Assembly (NCBI GenBank): GCA_051306435.1
Contig: JBPPNF010000006.1
Location: forward strand, 834-64,833
Source: Solirubrobacterales bacterium
GTDB taxonomy: Bacteria; Actinomycetota; Thermoleophilia; Solirubrobacterales; JACPNS01
Reading direction: 5' to 3'
DNA length: 64,000 bases
The notes beneath the pieces are model-generated. The model had not been told where the DNA came from and did not search any database. It worked only from the letters and a program-made list of their open reading frames with translations. Shown here piece by piece: positions 63,678 to 64,000 of the stretch. The position numbers and the translations under genes were made by a program. The first letter of the stretch is position 1. Every line of letters starts with the position of its first letter.

Positions 63678-64000
63678 TTACTTGCAGGTCTTGAACGTGC
63701 CGGACTTCGTGTTGATGACCTTGCCGTCCTTGTACCAGACCTTGTAGCGGTAGTAGATCTTCTTGTTCTTCTTGAACTTGCTCTTCTTCAGGGTGAACTT
63801 CACTGAGAAGGGCGACTTCGTGTCGGTTGCGCGCTTGTGCATGCTTGAGGTCTTGTAACCCGTGAGGATCTGCACCTTTGCGATACCTGGACGGTCGACC
63901 AGTCCGCTCGGCGTGAACCGGTACGCCTTGCTCTGCTTCTTGCAGTGGTTGTACCTCGGCGGCGTGGCGGCGCCGTAGCAACCGTTGAACGAGTTCGATG
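63678..64000 (-). CDS. C-terminal part of a paralogous secreted protein (gene continues beyond the window)
   Basis: The frame is open to the window edge. The tail ...KIYYRYKVWYKDGKVINTKSGTFKTCK parallels ...YGYKIKVYFKPDATYPQGRVITKTGHFKLCK of the neighbouring gene. Confidence 0.55.
   Translation of the reverse strand, partial: SNSFNGCYGAATPPRYNHCKKQSKAYRFTPSGLVDRPGIAKVQILTGYKTSSMHKRATDTKSPFSVKFTLKKSKFKKNKKIYYRYKVWYKDGKVINTKSGTFKTCK

Noticed and set aside
1-64000. Search for mobile elements, prophage, toxin-antitoxin or known defence-system genes
   Set aside because: No integrase, transposase, recombinase, nuclease/helicase/methylase combination or small paired ORF typical of such systems was recognised in any frame. 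The only mobile-like signatures are the small palindromic repeats reported above.

Overview
High-G+C, gene-dense chromosomal window of actinobacterial type (mIHF-like gene, Mce/YrbE operon, MMPL transporter, many GTG/TTG and overlapping start/stop junctions). No transposase, integrase, phage, CRISPR, rRNA or tRNA sequence was recognised. The content is dominated by lipid and cell-envelope functions. Left to right: the korAB 2-oxoacid:ferredoxin oxidoreductase genes; a full Mce lipid-uptake operon (2 YrbE permeases, an embedded MceG/Mkl ATPase, 6 MCE proteins) running straight into an MMPL/RND transporter, a thioredoxin-fold protein and small membrane proteins; a VOC enzyme and an mIHF-like gene; a head-to-head alpha-oxoamine synthase / GNAT-like pair; and a ThiXYZ-like ABC importer preceded by a TPP riboswitch that I read directly in the sequence (it forces re-annotation of the ATPase start). 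Next comes a GAF-domain regulator and aldehyde dehydrogenase pair bracketed by two copies of a ~250-bp four-hairpin repeat module. After that is a nine-gene minus-strand cluster: 2 secreted C5-epimerase-like proteins, a Get3/ArsA-like ATPase, a small acidic protein, 2 PQQ-type beta-propeller dehydrogenase-like proteins, a 4-TM protein, MoxR and a CoxE-type VWA protein. I consider this cluster the best candidate for an undescribed system. The rest comprises two paralogous lipoproteins, a Ca2+/H+ antiporter, a beta-oxidation block (2 acyl-CoA dehydrogenases, a DsbA-like isomerase, PadR, a reversed-order FadB-like fusion, Sir2), a large multidomain cell-wall hydrolase with a long leader, a complete type II FAS operon (fabD-fabH-fabG-acpP-fabF-fabI), ftsE-ftsX-ctp-rnr-smpB, and tandem secreted paralogs running off the right edge. 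All functional calls rest on my reading of the translated ORFs against remembered family motifs. No database search was run.
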